DNA of 64,000 nt, from NCBI RefSeq assembly GCF_001194135.2, contig NC_068991.1:75414-139413 (forward strand), in the 5' to 3' direction. The notes below the pieces were generated by a model that ran no database searches, was not told where the DNA came from, and saw nothing but the letters and a program-made list of their open reading frames with translations. Position numbers and translations under genes: made by a program. Each line of letters begins with the position of its first letter. The first letter of the stretch is position 1. Of this stretch, positions 23,637 to 36,278 are shown in pieces. The DNA is from Octopus bimaculoides. Lineage: Eukaryota.

Positions 23637-23673
23637 GTAACCAGGTAACCAATGAAAGCGCTTCCTTAGTAAC
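23637..23673. promoter_or_regulatory. RFX X-box motifs upstream of the TEX55-like gene
   Basis: GTAACCAGGTAAC (23637-23649) fits GTNRCC-N-RGYAAC. Weaker GCTTCCTTAGTAAC at 23660-23673. Both lie 20-56 bp upstream of the ATG. Confidence 0.6.
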
Positions 23674-24162
23674 GGAAACAATAACAAAGATCAACATGGT
23701 AGAAATAGGGTACTATTCAACAAAAAAAAAAATATTTACTTTGTTTAAAAAAAAACCCTCATACATGATTTGCGCATACGCGCTAGATAGTCGTTGTAGG
23801 AACGACGAGTCACGACTAGCTAGCGCGGATGCGCGCACCGGGACCACTCTTCTTGAATAGTACCAGAAATAGCAGTTAGATCTTCCCCAAAACGGGAAAG
23901 GCACACTGGATATTGTAGAACTCGATACATTCTAAGGTGATATCAAATGTAAACATCGCGGGCCGAGGTTCGAGACTAGCGCATGCCATTTATAGTAGAC
24001 TAGACTACCAGTGACCCGTTGGGTCACCGGGAAAGTTTGAGTTTCCCAGCAACGGTGTTTTGTTTCGTGTTTTTTTTCTTTTCCAGGTTATTTTGCATGC
24101 TTTCAACGGACGTGACATCAAAAATCAAGCGTACGTAGCTCCTTTCCTCACAAAAAGGAAAT

Positions 24163-24273
24163 ATTTGGCTGCTATTTCTTGCACGCCCTGCTACCACGTA
24201 ACAGGTATTTCGGGTCCTTTATCGCAAATAGCTGTTACATGGTAGCAGGGTGTGCTAGAAATAGCAGCCAAAT
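24163..24273. repeat. 42-bp inverted repeat hairpin of a dispersed family (atttggctgctatttctagca)
   Basis: The arms differ at 3 of 42 positions. The same terminal motif recurs singly at about 4062, 23866, 25461, 40050 and 47850. Confidence 0.8.
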
Positions 24274-25505
24274 CTTTGGCAGTGAGATATGTTGAATGCA
24301 CTCAAAATAAACCTATAGGAGAAAATTATTTCACACTGAGCTTACGATCGGATCTTGAAAATTAATTTTAAAATCTGTGATTGAGATGGAATAAACCCCC
24401 GGATCTTTTACGAAATATTTATGCCAAAAAGAATTTTTGTAATGGTATTCACTTGAAAATAATTTTAAAAACCATTAAAATATTGTCAGTTTAAAGAAAG
24501 CTAAAATATTAATACTTATTGTATAAACAACTCGCATTTTTGAAATCTCATTCACTTAAAAATATTTCTAAATGATTAAAATATTGTGTTTCAGAAAAGC
24601 GAAAATAGAAACATTTTTTGTTGTCAAGTCATTGTATATCGAAAGGTAAGAGTTGCTTCCCTTCCAGGATCAAGTTAATTTCGGAGACTTTTCCAATTAT
24701 GCACCATTTTGGGTATTTATACTCTGAAAACCCTTACTATCTTCACAACCCCTTATCCAATTTACACGAAATTTGTTTCATTCCACTCGTATTTACATTT
24801 CAGGAGAGAACTAAATTCATAGCATTTTCCCATTATGCACCAGTTTGTCTGAGTAACATTACAAGCAAGTAGGCAAGATTCATTCTGACTTAATGTATTA
24901 CTAGATTATCAGTGATCTGCTGGGACACCAGGAAACTCTGAGTTCCATACTTTTTTTTGTCACAAGTTGGTGATCCTTTGTGATGTGAAGTGGGAATATT
25001 CAACAGTCAGTTCACTACACCCAATGTCACAATTTGTGAGAATATTACCCATGTGATCAACAAAAATCTAACTGATAATGATTTCATGTGGCAAAGGTTC
25101 GAGCAAGGATTTATCTTTTGGTATGCTTCTTTCTGAACCTAACCATCAGTGTACCTTGACTACTTGACAGAGAGTCTGGAGAGACAATTGAGAAACAGCA
25201 AGATGGCAAACAGATGTGGACAGCTGACCCATGCTGGTAACAACCACAATGAATGATCCCCCACAATATTCAGCAGCTAACTTTTTGACCACGACTACAA
25301 TTACACCGAGAAGAAGAATAACGATGTTCAAACTCCCTTAACATTTTGTGATTTGCAGTAATGAGTTTTTTGCTTTTAGTGTATGAAAAAAAAAAAAAAA
25401 TTTCTTTATCAAAAATCCAAATAGATTTCCATTTTCTTTGTACAACGGGTGACTTCTGATGCTAGAAATAGCACTCAACACTAGTAACAAGTGGTAACCC
25501 AAATA

Positions 25506-25727
25506 TTTACTCTTTTACTTGTTTCAGTCATTTGACTGTGGCCATGCTGGAGCACCGCCTTTAGTCGAGCAAATCGACCCCAGGACTTGTTCTATAACCT
25601 AGTACTTATTTTATCAGTCTCTTTTGCTGAACCGCTAAGTTACGGGGATGTAAACATACCAGTATCGGTTGTCAAGCGATGTTGGAGGGACAAATGCAGA
25701 CACACAAACATATACACACACATACAT

Positions 25728-25771
<44 letters not shown>

Positions 25772-25928
25772 GACATGCTTCTTTCAGTTTCTGTCTACTA
25801 AATCAACTCACAAGGCTTTGGTCGGCCCGGGGCAATAGTAGAAGACACTTGCCCAAGGTGCCACGCAGTGGGACTGAACCCGGAACCATGTGGTTGGTAA
25901 GCAAGCTACTTACCACACAGCCACTCCT
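25506..25928 (-). mobile_element. Full-length tRNA-derived SINE with internal (TA)n/(CA)n
   Basis: Minus-strand head AGGAGTGGCTGTGTGGTAAG (A box) and GGTTCAGTCCC (B box, 25880-25870); tail ...gactgaaacaagtaaaagagtaaa. Partial copies at about 28320, 42790, 56845 and 59053. Confidence 0.85.
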
Positions 25929-26468
25929 AGAACATTTTCACAGCCAACCCTGAAAGAAGTATATGATGCAGTTTAGAGACAACTTACCAATGACTGTCTG
26001 TAGGACACTGCTCACCAACACTTTTGCAAGTTCACATGAAGAGCACCAATACATTTATAAACAACAACAAAAATATTTACTTTTAAACACTACCTTAATT
26101 TTTCATGAATGTAATAAACTTTTATTAAAACAAGCAAATTAAAAAATAAAAATTTGAAGGACTAAATGCAGCAGTTATAGTTAGCAGCCCTGTATACAGT
26201 GGCATACTGAGAGTAATAAGGGTCCTCAAGCATAACTGTTCACCAGGCCCCTTAGCATTGATATCAAAGAGAGTTAACAACAGCTCAGTCCACCCCTGCC
26301 GGTATGTGCATTCAGGAATTCATTTAGAAATAAAAGACATCTGTATTATCAAAATCGATAGTGTTAACATTGATGATGGTCATGATGTTAACATCTGGTA
26401 AAAATAATTACAAATATAGTCGTTAATGTATATAATAATAAACAAATGAACAATGATCAACTTCAAGA

Positions 26469-26540
26469 CATGTGTTGAGATTTCCAGCCCAAGGTTTCAA
26501 TGTTTTTGCTTTCATCTGGGGCCTTCATAGATACCACATG
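26469..26540 (-). promoter_or_regulatory. SECIS element candidate in the SELENOL 3'UTR
   Basis: RNA: CAUGUG-GUAUCU-AUGAA-GGCCCCAGAUG-AAA-GCAAAAACAUUG-AAACCUUGGGCU-GGAA-AUCUCAA-CACAUG. It has helix I (CAUGUG/CACAUG), AUGA core at 26528-26525, an 11-nt helix II arm, unpaired AAA, a mini-stem and a 3' GGAA. Helix II has several mismatches; folded by hand. Confidence 0.7.
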
Positions 26541-26547
26541 CTTCGTT

Positions 26548-29500
26548 TTACACAGGAAAATTCTGAAATATCATAAAATATTTAGACTTAATAAATAATT
26601 AAGAGCTACAGAAGCAGTATTAATACCAAAAAGAAATCTAGATTTCCAACTTAACACGGATGTTGTGTTAGAAAACGGAATGCTGTGTTAACTTTGAGAG
26701 GACCTTTCATATGGACTCATGGTGCATTGAAGCACTTGCTACAGCCCCCAGAACTGCAAGATCCTCCGATTGCACCCTAATATGGGTTTCTCAGTGATGT
26801 GCCTGAACAGACACTGAAATTCTATATATAGTTGACAAGAAATTTGGCTGATATTGTGCTGCTGGACATTTTGTCACTGAGGAACCAATAGTAGGATGAA
26901 ATCAGGTGATCAGGCACTTCCAGCAGCCACAGCAGACAATTCTTGTCTGTCAGCAATATAACTACGAGTACTTTTATACACCATGAGTTCCGATGAGAGA
27001 TACTCTCAACTTGAATAAAGCAGTATTCTGTGTTCTAATGCAGCTCATATGTCAAGCTGGAGGTCAAGATTATCTATTTAGACTTAATGTTTCATTTTAT
27101 CAATGTAGTTCCTAAATGTTGCAATATCAAAGAGCTGATTGGTAAAGGAGGGATGACATTGGTGAAATATTGATGTTTCAATCAGATTGAGTGATAGGAT
27201 ATTTCTGTTTCACTTAGATCAATGTAAGAAGTGAAAGGGACATTGATGGGAAGTGCAACAATTTAGACATTATTTCACAAAACACACTAGTGTCTCTTGT
27301 GAATGTGTTATGAGACTCCCAAGGTGGGCATTAGTGTATGAACAGAATCAAAAACGTATTCAGTATTAATCTACATTTCTACACATTGACTCCATGAAAT
27401 CTCATTAATAACAACATACAGAAGATGATTATTATAAAGAAACACCAGAAATTTATTGTTCCAGACAAAACATGGATTATTTAAAAGGAAAGTAAAAACT
27501 GAAGAATAGTCATGTTTACAATAACCCTCCCCAACAAACACATAAAAGATGTGTGCATGTACATACACACATATGCTAAATTATGTGTGGGTGGATGTGT
27601 TTGAATATCCAAATAGGAGAAAAGTCACTCAATATAGATTATTCAGTCAGATTCATCTTTTTTAGTTGTTTCTGAAGGATTGCATATGGGGAGAAAGTGA
27701 ATGGCATCAGAATGGATCATCAGATTCAAATGAATGGGCATCTCTTTATTAGCAATAGCTAGAGGAAAAAGTGATTGTAGAAGAGAAACAAAAGTGAGAG
27801 AATATGATTGGGATAATAGTGTGGAAGAGGAAACGGTAAAGAAGGAGACTGTGCTACAGGGAGTAATGATGATGGAGCAGTAATGAGAGGGTGTAATAAG
27901 AGAGAGATATTCATATCAGCAGCTGACAGTTTGTTGGTGAGAGCATAAGTGATGGTTGTTTTAAAAACGGGCAGTGGTAATGAACTCCCCATTGGGAAGA
28001 GGAAGTGGTAACTTGCAGTATTAAAGGGTTAGGGTTAGTTGGTAAGAGAGAGAGAGTGCAAATGAATAGCATCATTATCATCACAACACCATTTTAATGT
28101 CTGCTTTTCCATTTTTTGCTTTAGCTAAATGAAATTTGCTTAGATAAATATTCAACAGCCAGGTGCCGTTCCTGTCACCAACCCTCACTTGTTGCCAAGC
28201 ACTGAGTATTTCCTCATGACCAGACAAGTTATTTGAAAAGTGGAAATGACATCATTTGTAGAATGGTGATGCTCATTTAGGACCATCATGTGACATCAAG
28301 ATAAGGATATATATACACATAATAGGCTTCTTTCAGTTTCCATCTGCCCTACCCATTCACAAGGCTTTGGTCAGCCCAGGTCTATTACGTAAGAAACTTG
28401 CCCAAAGTGACGATCTCGAGTTTGAATGCAAGCAGTATTGTGTGTCTGGGTCGGTTGTTTCATTCTACACACCTCAGTTCCCCTGGCTCTTGAGAGCAAT
28501 CTCACCCATCACTGCACCCATGTGTGATTAATGAATAATAAAAGACTTTGGTCTTATGTTGTTGGCTGATTCCATCAAGTACGACTTCTCCATAGCAAAG
28601 GTAATCAACTTCTCTGCTGTTTTAATATAGAAATAGTTTCATTATTGAGTATTCCCTTCTCTAAATATTGTCATCATGGCAACAATACCAAATTTTTAAT
28701 AATCTCATAAAAATTTATAATGATACAAAGATTGTCAACAGCAATGATGTTTACTGACCTTTAAGGTTCCTAAAATTTGCTCAGCAGAAGGTCGATCACT
28801 TGGAGTCTGACTGCGATAGGTAAACAAGATTTTACCAGTTTGGTCAATGATGAAATCACCACCCATCTAGCAAGAAATAATAAAGTTTAGAATCAAACTG
28901 TATCAGGTTTTAATTTTCAGTCAATGCTCTTAATATCACAAGTTGTGTGTCTGTACAAGTAGGGTATACAGTAATCTCTTGACTACTGTGGGTGTTACAT
29001 TTCAAAACCTCCCACAGAAATAATTCAAATATAAATCCCTATCAACTGCAGAAATCCAGATATACTGAGGAGTTTGCCGTAGAAATTCACAAAAATCCAC
29101 GATGTACTGAGTGCATGATAGGTGAACCGTGATATACTGAGTGCGCAAGGGGTGGACTGTGATATGATAAGGGACTACTGTATATGGACTTGTGTGGTTC
29201 CTGCGATCATTCTTCTCATGTAATTCGCATTGTTTTGCTCAGTCTTTAACATCCAGTCGTAGTCTTAAGTTTATGATGGAAATAGAACTAAAAGTTATGA
29301 TTTCCATCCTAACTTATAATTTCAGAATAAGTTATCACATTTCATCTCACTCATCATCATCATCGTTTAACGTCAGCTTTTCATGCTGGCATGGGTTGGA
29401 CGGTGTGACTGAGGGCTGGCAAGCCAGAGGGCTGCACCAGGTTCCAATATGATCTGGCAATGTTTCTACAGCTGGATGCTCTTTCTAATGCCAACCACAC

Positions 29501-32500
29501 CGAGAGTGTAGTGGATGCTTTTTACGTGCCACCGGCATGAGGGCCAGTCAGGTGGTACTGGCATTGGCCACGCTCAAATGGTACTTTTTACATGCCACCG
29601 GCATGGGACCAGTCAGCTAGCACTGGCATCAACCATGCTCTAGAAGTGATAATTTAAATGAAATTGAGTGGTTAGACATTAAAATGTCCTTACTTGGTAA
29701 ATATCTTCATTAAAATCTTTATATGGAGTTGGGATAATCCCATCAGAAGCCATTTCAGAAGCATAATATTGCATGGTCTTCATACAAAACACCTGTAAAT
29801 AAATAAATTAATATCGTCAATTCCTTGAGATTACAAATTGTACATTTATGGGAGGGAAATATACCTAGGTGGGTTAGGGTTAGAAATTCAAAGAAGGATT
29901 CATCATAGTCCTCCAGGCAATAACAGAGGAATTCAAGACAGGATGCCCCTGAGAGCTCCTCTATGCTGATGACCTTGCTCTAACTGCTGAGTCATTATCA
30001 GAACTAGAGGAGAAGTTTTAGGTGTGGAAGCAAGGATTAGAATCGAAGGGCTTTAGAGTCAACCTAGCTAAAACCAAAGTCTTAATAAGTAGGAAGGCAG
30101 ACAAACCACAATCGATCTGTACAAAAGGCATAGGTAGAAACTCCATAAGATGTACCCAGTGTAAGCCATGGACACACAAGAGGTGTAGTAATATCAAAGG
30201 AAGGCTAACTGGGAAGATAGTTTTTGTATGTGGCAGATGCTCAGGAGTAANNNNNNNNNNGGAAGGCAGACAAACCACAATCGATCTGTACAAAAGGCAT
30301 AGGTAGAAACTCCATAAGATGTACCCAGTGTAAGCCATGGACACACAAGAGGTGTAGTAATATCAAAGGAAGGCTAACTGGGAAGATAGTTTTTGTATGT
30401 GGCAGATGCTCAGGAGTAATAAACACTGAAAATGTGCAGAGAACAACTTGTGTCACATTCCAGGGAGAAAAACTAGAAGTAGTTGATAGCTTCCGTTACC
30501 TAGGTGACCAAATCATTTGTAGGGGCAGGAAGCTCTGAAAGTGTAGCTGCTAGGATAAGAATAGCCTGGGCAAAGTTCAGAGAGCCCCTACTTCCGCTGG
30601 TGACAAAGGGCCTCTCACTCAGAGTAAAAGGTAGACTATGACGCATGTGTGCGAACTGCCATGCTACATGGCAGTGAATCATGGGCCATGACTGCTGATG
30701 ACATGCATAAGCTCGCAAGCAATGAAGCCGGTATGCTCCAATGGATGTGTATTGTCAGTATGCATACACAACAGAGTGTAAGTGCCCTGAGAGAAAAGTT
30801 GGATTCAAGAAGCATCAGATGTGGTGTGCAAGAGAGACGGCTGCGCTGGTATGGTCATGTGTTGTGAATGGATGAGGACAGCTGTTACAGGAGAATAGTA
30901 TGGGATTATGTGATGTTCATTCTTCTCTTCCAATATATTAGTCTTCTCACTGATCTCAGACACAAACTTGTGAATTAAGTCATTCCTAAAATCTATGTAA
31001 AAAATGGAAATAAAACAAGGGGTGGAATTTATCAAAGTAAGGTCTGACTCCAGCTAAAGAAATATTTAACTATATATACACACACACATATATATATATA
31101 TAGGAAAGAGTATAATACAAATATCTTACTTCCTTGACAGATCTACTTAATCCAAGAGCAGAGTAAATCTAGAAAAAAAAAAAAAAATTGTGATTAAGTG
31201 ACAAAAAGTTACAAGCAAGATTACCCCCACCCCACGTGTATATCTATCTATACCTATAGTATAGCTCAGTTTGTGTGTGTGTGTGTGTGTTGCATCTATA
31301 GAAATCCACACCTTAACAAAAAGTTTTTTAAATGAATTCTCCGATATAGATCTCCACTCATCTTTATTCAGGCATATAATTTAGTATTTTATACACACCG
31401 GACCACTTGGAATTTTCATTTTTATTTTTTCCTTTAGACTCATTTACAACTCTTTCGGCTTTTCTATATTTATTATCAAGATCACACAGTGGTTGTGGGA
31501 AAAACTCTTTTTAAAAAACTTTAAAAATTCTATCTCTGATGAAGGAAATGCAGCCACCAAAGTCAAAGGAAAAAGTTTTTTCTTTGTGTATTCCCTGAAA
31601 CGATTGCAAGATATCTCACTTCATTATATTTTTATTTCAGCCATGAACTGCTTTATTTTTATTTCATTCGAGGACAATTTAAAATCGTTTTACTCTACTT
31701 AATTTTATTTCATTCAAGGGCTATCGTAAATCAACATCTCACCTGCTTGTGATTTTAATTTATTTTATCAGATGTAATTTTCTGTATATATCTTGTGATC
31801 ACCCAACCTTGGAATTATATAATAAAAATATATATGTATATATTTGATTGTATTCCCAATTTGAATATGTATTGGCCGGACAAGGAGGATGATAAATTAA
31901 TCTGTTTTCTCTCGCTCCTTGAACTTTGATATTTGCTCAATATATTGAGCCCTTCCATGTTATTCTGTGGAAAAAGTTATATATCATCATCATCGTTTAA
32001 CGTCCGCTTTCCATGCTAGCATGGGTTGGACGATTTGACTGAGGACTGGTGAAACCGGATGGCAACACCAGGCTCCAATCTAATTTGGCAGAGTTTCTAC
32101 AGCTGGATGCCCTTCCTAACGCCAACCACTCAACATTGTAGCTCACTTGAAGCATTGTAATAGAGAAGTAGAAAATGAAAGAAAAGAGAAATACGGAAAG
32201 CTTCTAATGATGCAGAGTTTTCAAAAGGAAAAAAGGAACTTTAAATTTTGGGTGCAAAGGCCTATCTTAGTCAAAGATCTGTGCATTTGCATAGATTTTG
32301 TTATTTTCAACTGCTCAGCATTTGGGTTAGCAGCAGCAGCAACTCTCCAACTGTTGGTAATATTTAGAATTCAACATTTCTGAAAAATATTTTTAAATGT
32401 CTCACATTTTTTGAAGAATCTTGAAAAGAAGGGAAAGAAGATTTCGTTTCTGCCAACCACTGTTTAATAGACTTCTGTGATCCAAAGAAAAGAAGTAGAA

Positions 32501-34160
32501 TATCACAGCCTAAAGCTTTCAAATCTGACTGCAAAATGAAATAAAACTGTGTCAGTAATTTTATCAATTTAAGTATTTAGGGACATAAGGTGGAAAAAAA
32601 AAAAATTTTTAGGGTTAATAGTAAATTTAAATATTTTTTCAAATATTTCTTATATTAATGGCAACTTAGCAGTTCTGAATAGATATCTTAAACTTCTTAG
32701 AAACATTGTTTATAATCTAGAAGGGTATATTCTGAGCAAGGTAAGTGAAAAGTTAGGCAAAATATGTAAAATGATGTCAATAAATAAAAGCCATAGAAAA
32801 TATATTGTATAACTTTACATAGGTTGTTTAATACTTTTATAATATTTTGGGAAGCATTCTTCTTATCAAATAAGGGAAAGAAAATAATCCATGAACTTAG
32901 AGCGAAGTGTTGTTACTGGCAGGCCATTTTGGGGTGTTGGATTACAAGAAGGTGAACAGACAAAGAAGACTCAGTATTCAACAGATACATAGGAGCAAAA
33001 ACTAAAGACATATAAGAGACAAATTTTCTGAAATGCACAGATGGTTCTCTGGAGGTAGTCAATAGTTTCTATTACCTATGTGATCTTATTAGCAGTGGAG
33101 GAGAATTTTCTGCAAGTCTAGTTTCTAGAACAGAACCAGCTGGAGAAAGTTCTGTTGTGGCACCTGCTGCCAATTAAGTCATTTGGTTAGTAAAGAGACC
33201 TATTTCTAGGGAGCCTTCTCACTGTTTTCCATGTTTAATGCCTCTGTGCACCTGCCACATTTTATGGTTACCACTGCTGTTAGCCTGTCTGTAACCTATA
33301 TATACATAAATACAGGATCACAAGTAGGTTAACATGTAAAAAGGAATGTTACATAACCTATCTGCAGAAGAAAGTGAGACAACAAATATGATTGCAAGAG
33401 TTATTGTAGACTGGTGGTGGGGGGGAAGAAACAAGCCTACCTTCCGAGTTTCTAGCTCCATTACGTGTTTACGTCAGGGTAGTCATGCAAAGTGGCGCTG
33501 GAGAACAAGTAGTAAATAAGGAGAAGTGAAAGCTGGGAGTAATTTGTCCAGAGTAACTGAATTTCCCTCTACTACATCAACAACTGTTAGTTGCTGGGAT
33601 AAATACTCTCCAGCCTCAAGTATTTTAGTTTTCTCACGGGACTCACCATGGATAGCAGCATCAACAGTGTGAAGAAACTGATCCCATTCTATCTGTAAAA
33701 AGGATACAAACCAAAAGAGAACATTAAAGAAGGTTGGCTAGGCATGAATTAGCTAATTACACAAGAAATGTCGGTGTGCTTTTGAGGAGATGTGTAAATG
33801 TTTTATGTTTGAACTTTTTTTGAAGATAAAAAACTGACACTTCCACCTCTTGTGTAACTTGTTAGTCTTGAAGTATTTTCATGAGGTAAAGAAAATGTTT
33901 GATGAGCAGATGATTGCATACATATCCAAATATATACACAAATATATACACAAATATATACACAAATATATACACAAATATATACACAAATTCTAGTTTT
34001 TGTTAAAGAGGGTCTAATAATATATATCCTCTTATACAAAATCAACTGTATAATTAGTTAGCTGTAAAAAAAAACAATTATTACAGCAATAATGGAAATT
34101 GACAAATTTTGTCAAAGCAATATCAACCATGAAGAAGATGATGGGTGTGTGTGTGTGTGC

Positions 34161-34209
<49 letters not shown>

Positions 34210-36243
34210 TATGAGTTTTTCTTCTCCTAGATGAGTTGCCATCACCATGGGTAAGGAGTCTCATCTGCCCCATACATGTACATACACACAAAAAAAAAAG
34301 TAAAAATATATGAGAGCATTCAACGACAATATGAATCTTCGAAGACAGTTGCCCCCATAAATTCCAAAATAAAATTTGGGATGTATGGAGGCTCAAAGTT
34401 GGGAACGAAAACAGGACAGTGGAGACATACAAGGAAACTGAACGAAAACAAACATGGAAGGTTATTAGACCAGAACGAGGGGAAAATAGTGAACACTGGG
34501 AGAAATATTTTCTTTGAAAAGGGAAAAGATAGAAGAGAGAGATAGAAGATGTCCAGTCCTTAGAAAGTCGTGCAGGAAAAGCAAGATGGATGATGGTCAC
34601 ATGTGAGCAACGAGAGAGAGAGAAAAAAGAAAGAGGGGGAGAGAGAGAGAAACAGATGGAAAACAGTGAAGGAGAGAAAAAGGGAATTAGAGAAGGATGG
34701 GGGAGAAAACAGTATAGAATCACATCAAAAAGGTGAAGATAAACTTATTTGGAAATGGATGCGTGGCATTCAATGAAATAATAATATAAATTATATATAT
34801 ATATATATTAGTAAAACAATAAAAAATGTTAAAGAAATACTACAAAAATGTCATGCATTACCTCGAATTCAATGAGATTATTTGCCAGCTCTTTTACGGA
34901 AGAATTTCTAAAACAAATAAAAATACTGACATTTCAAATGAAGAAATTTGATTCATCATTTTTGTTTCTTTTCACCAACTTTAAGGCAGGGTGTAGTGCA
35001 GTGGGGTGGAGTATTGATATGGTACAGTGGGGGTGAAGTGTAGTGGACAGGGAACATTCACAGTTGTGTTAGCTGAGGAAAGGAGCACTAATGAACATCA
35101 GTGGTGATTTCTGGCCCATAACTCTGAACTCAGAATTTAAGATTTTGGCCATGGTACATGGTGCTTGTTAGTAATGTGGTTAGGAGCATGTAGACGTGCA
35201 GGATTCCTGGCAGTTCTATTCACAACCATCTCTTTCCTCAAGCAATACATCCCAGAGTAGGTGACTATTAACCCTTTCAATACTAACCCGACTGAAACCA
35301 CCTCTGGCTCTGAGTACAAATGTCTCATTTTCATAAGTTTTGAATTAAAATCTTCCACCAAACTTTAGTCACAATTTATGTTCCTAACACTAGCTGAATG
35401 ATAACTAAGTTATTTTACTAAATTCTTTGTTATATCTAAAATTAATTGAAAGAAACACAGAGCATCTCAAAATAAATATTGTATTGAAAGGGTTAAGTAT
35501 GGTTTTGATGAAGCTCTGATCCATTCGGATCAATCCAAAAGCCTTAGACAAATTTGCTTATCAGTATTCAGTGCACCTAGTTTTGATTTTGTTTGCAGGT
35601 TGGGTCCCTTCAATGACGAGAAGCTTTTGTTCTGTGACCAGACTAAATGGCCACTGGTCAAAATCATTTCAAATCTCATGCTTAACCTATGTCCTTTCAC
35701 ATTGCTTCTACATATTTGATCTCATGAGCCAGTGTTGCAGAAATGCAGAAGTTAGTGGTGTTGAGGGGCATCCCATTTCATCTAGGATACAAGAAGGCTG
35801 TGTCAATGTATGCAGACAACATCACCACAGAAGCCATGTTGGTCAGCACTATACTGAAGGAATAGGAAGGAGTCACAGGAGGAAGTATTAATTCAGTAGC
35901 TTTTGTCCCTCCTGCATCAATAAAATAACACTGGAACTGAAGGTGTTAACTAATCCCTCCCCTCAAAACAACTGACCTTATGCCAAAGAAATCACTGTTA
36001 GAGTGGTGTGTGAGAGAATTACATTCTGAGTTCAAATCCTGCTGTAGTCAACTCTATATTTCATCCTTTCAGAGTAAATAAAATAGCCAACAACTATGAT
36101 TGAATTAACTAAAAACCCTTCCCAAAAGTTGTGGCTTTGCACCAAAGTCAGATATTAATTTCAAGGACTGGCAAAATCAATAACACTAGACAAAGTATTT
36201 AAGTCCCTTCATGTTTTGTTGATTTGGGTCAATAGTGAAGAAA

Positions 36244-36278
<35 letters not shown>

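Noticed and set aside
23967-23976. GGTTCGAGAC B-box (vault- or tRNA-like gene) with small hairpins nearby
   Set aside because: No A box at a suitable distance, no cloverleaf or terminal stem, and no adjacent T-run terminator.
30092-30419. 159-bp tandem duplication in the RTE copy
   Set aside because: Identical copies sit on both sides of a 10-N gap, typical of unmerged contig overlaps; the same pattern occurs at 38721-38910.
33441-33473. Sec-redefinition stem-loop right after the UGAs
   Set aside because: Only 3-4 bp helices (ACGU/ACGU, GAG/CUC) can be drawn, which is not distinguishable from chance.
33474-33485. Interpreting the two TGAs as pseudogene-type nonsense mutations
   Set aside because: They fall exactly at the x-x-spaced redox positions of SelL, all downstream exons remain intact and in phase, and a SECIS-like element is present.
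33641-33646. Consensus-like donor G|GTGAGT inside SELENOL exon 5
   Set aside because: The frame continues without stops through to the UxxU motif and matches the expected SelL spacing, so no intron is needed.
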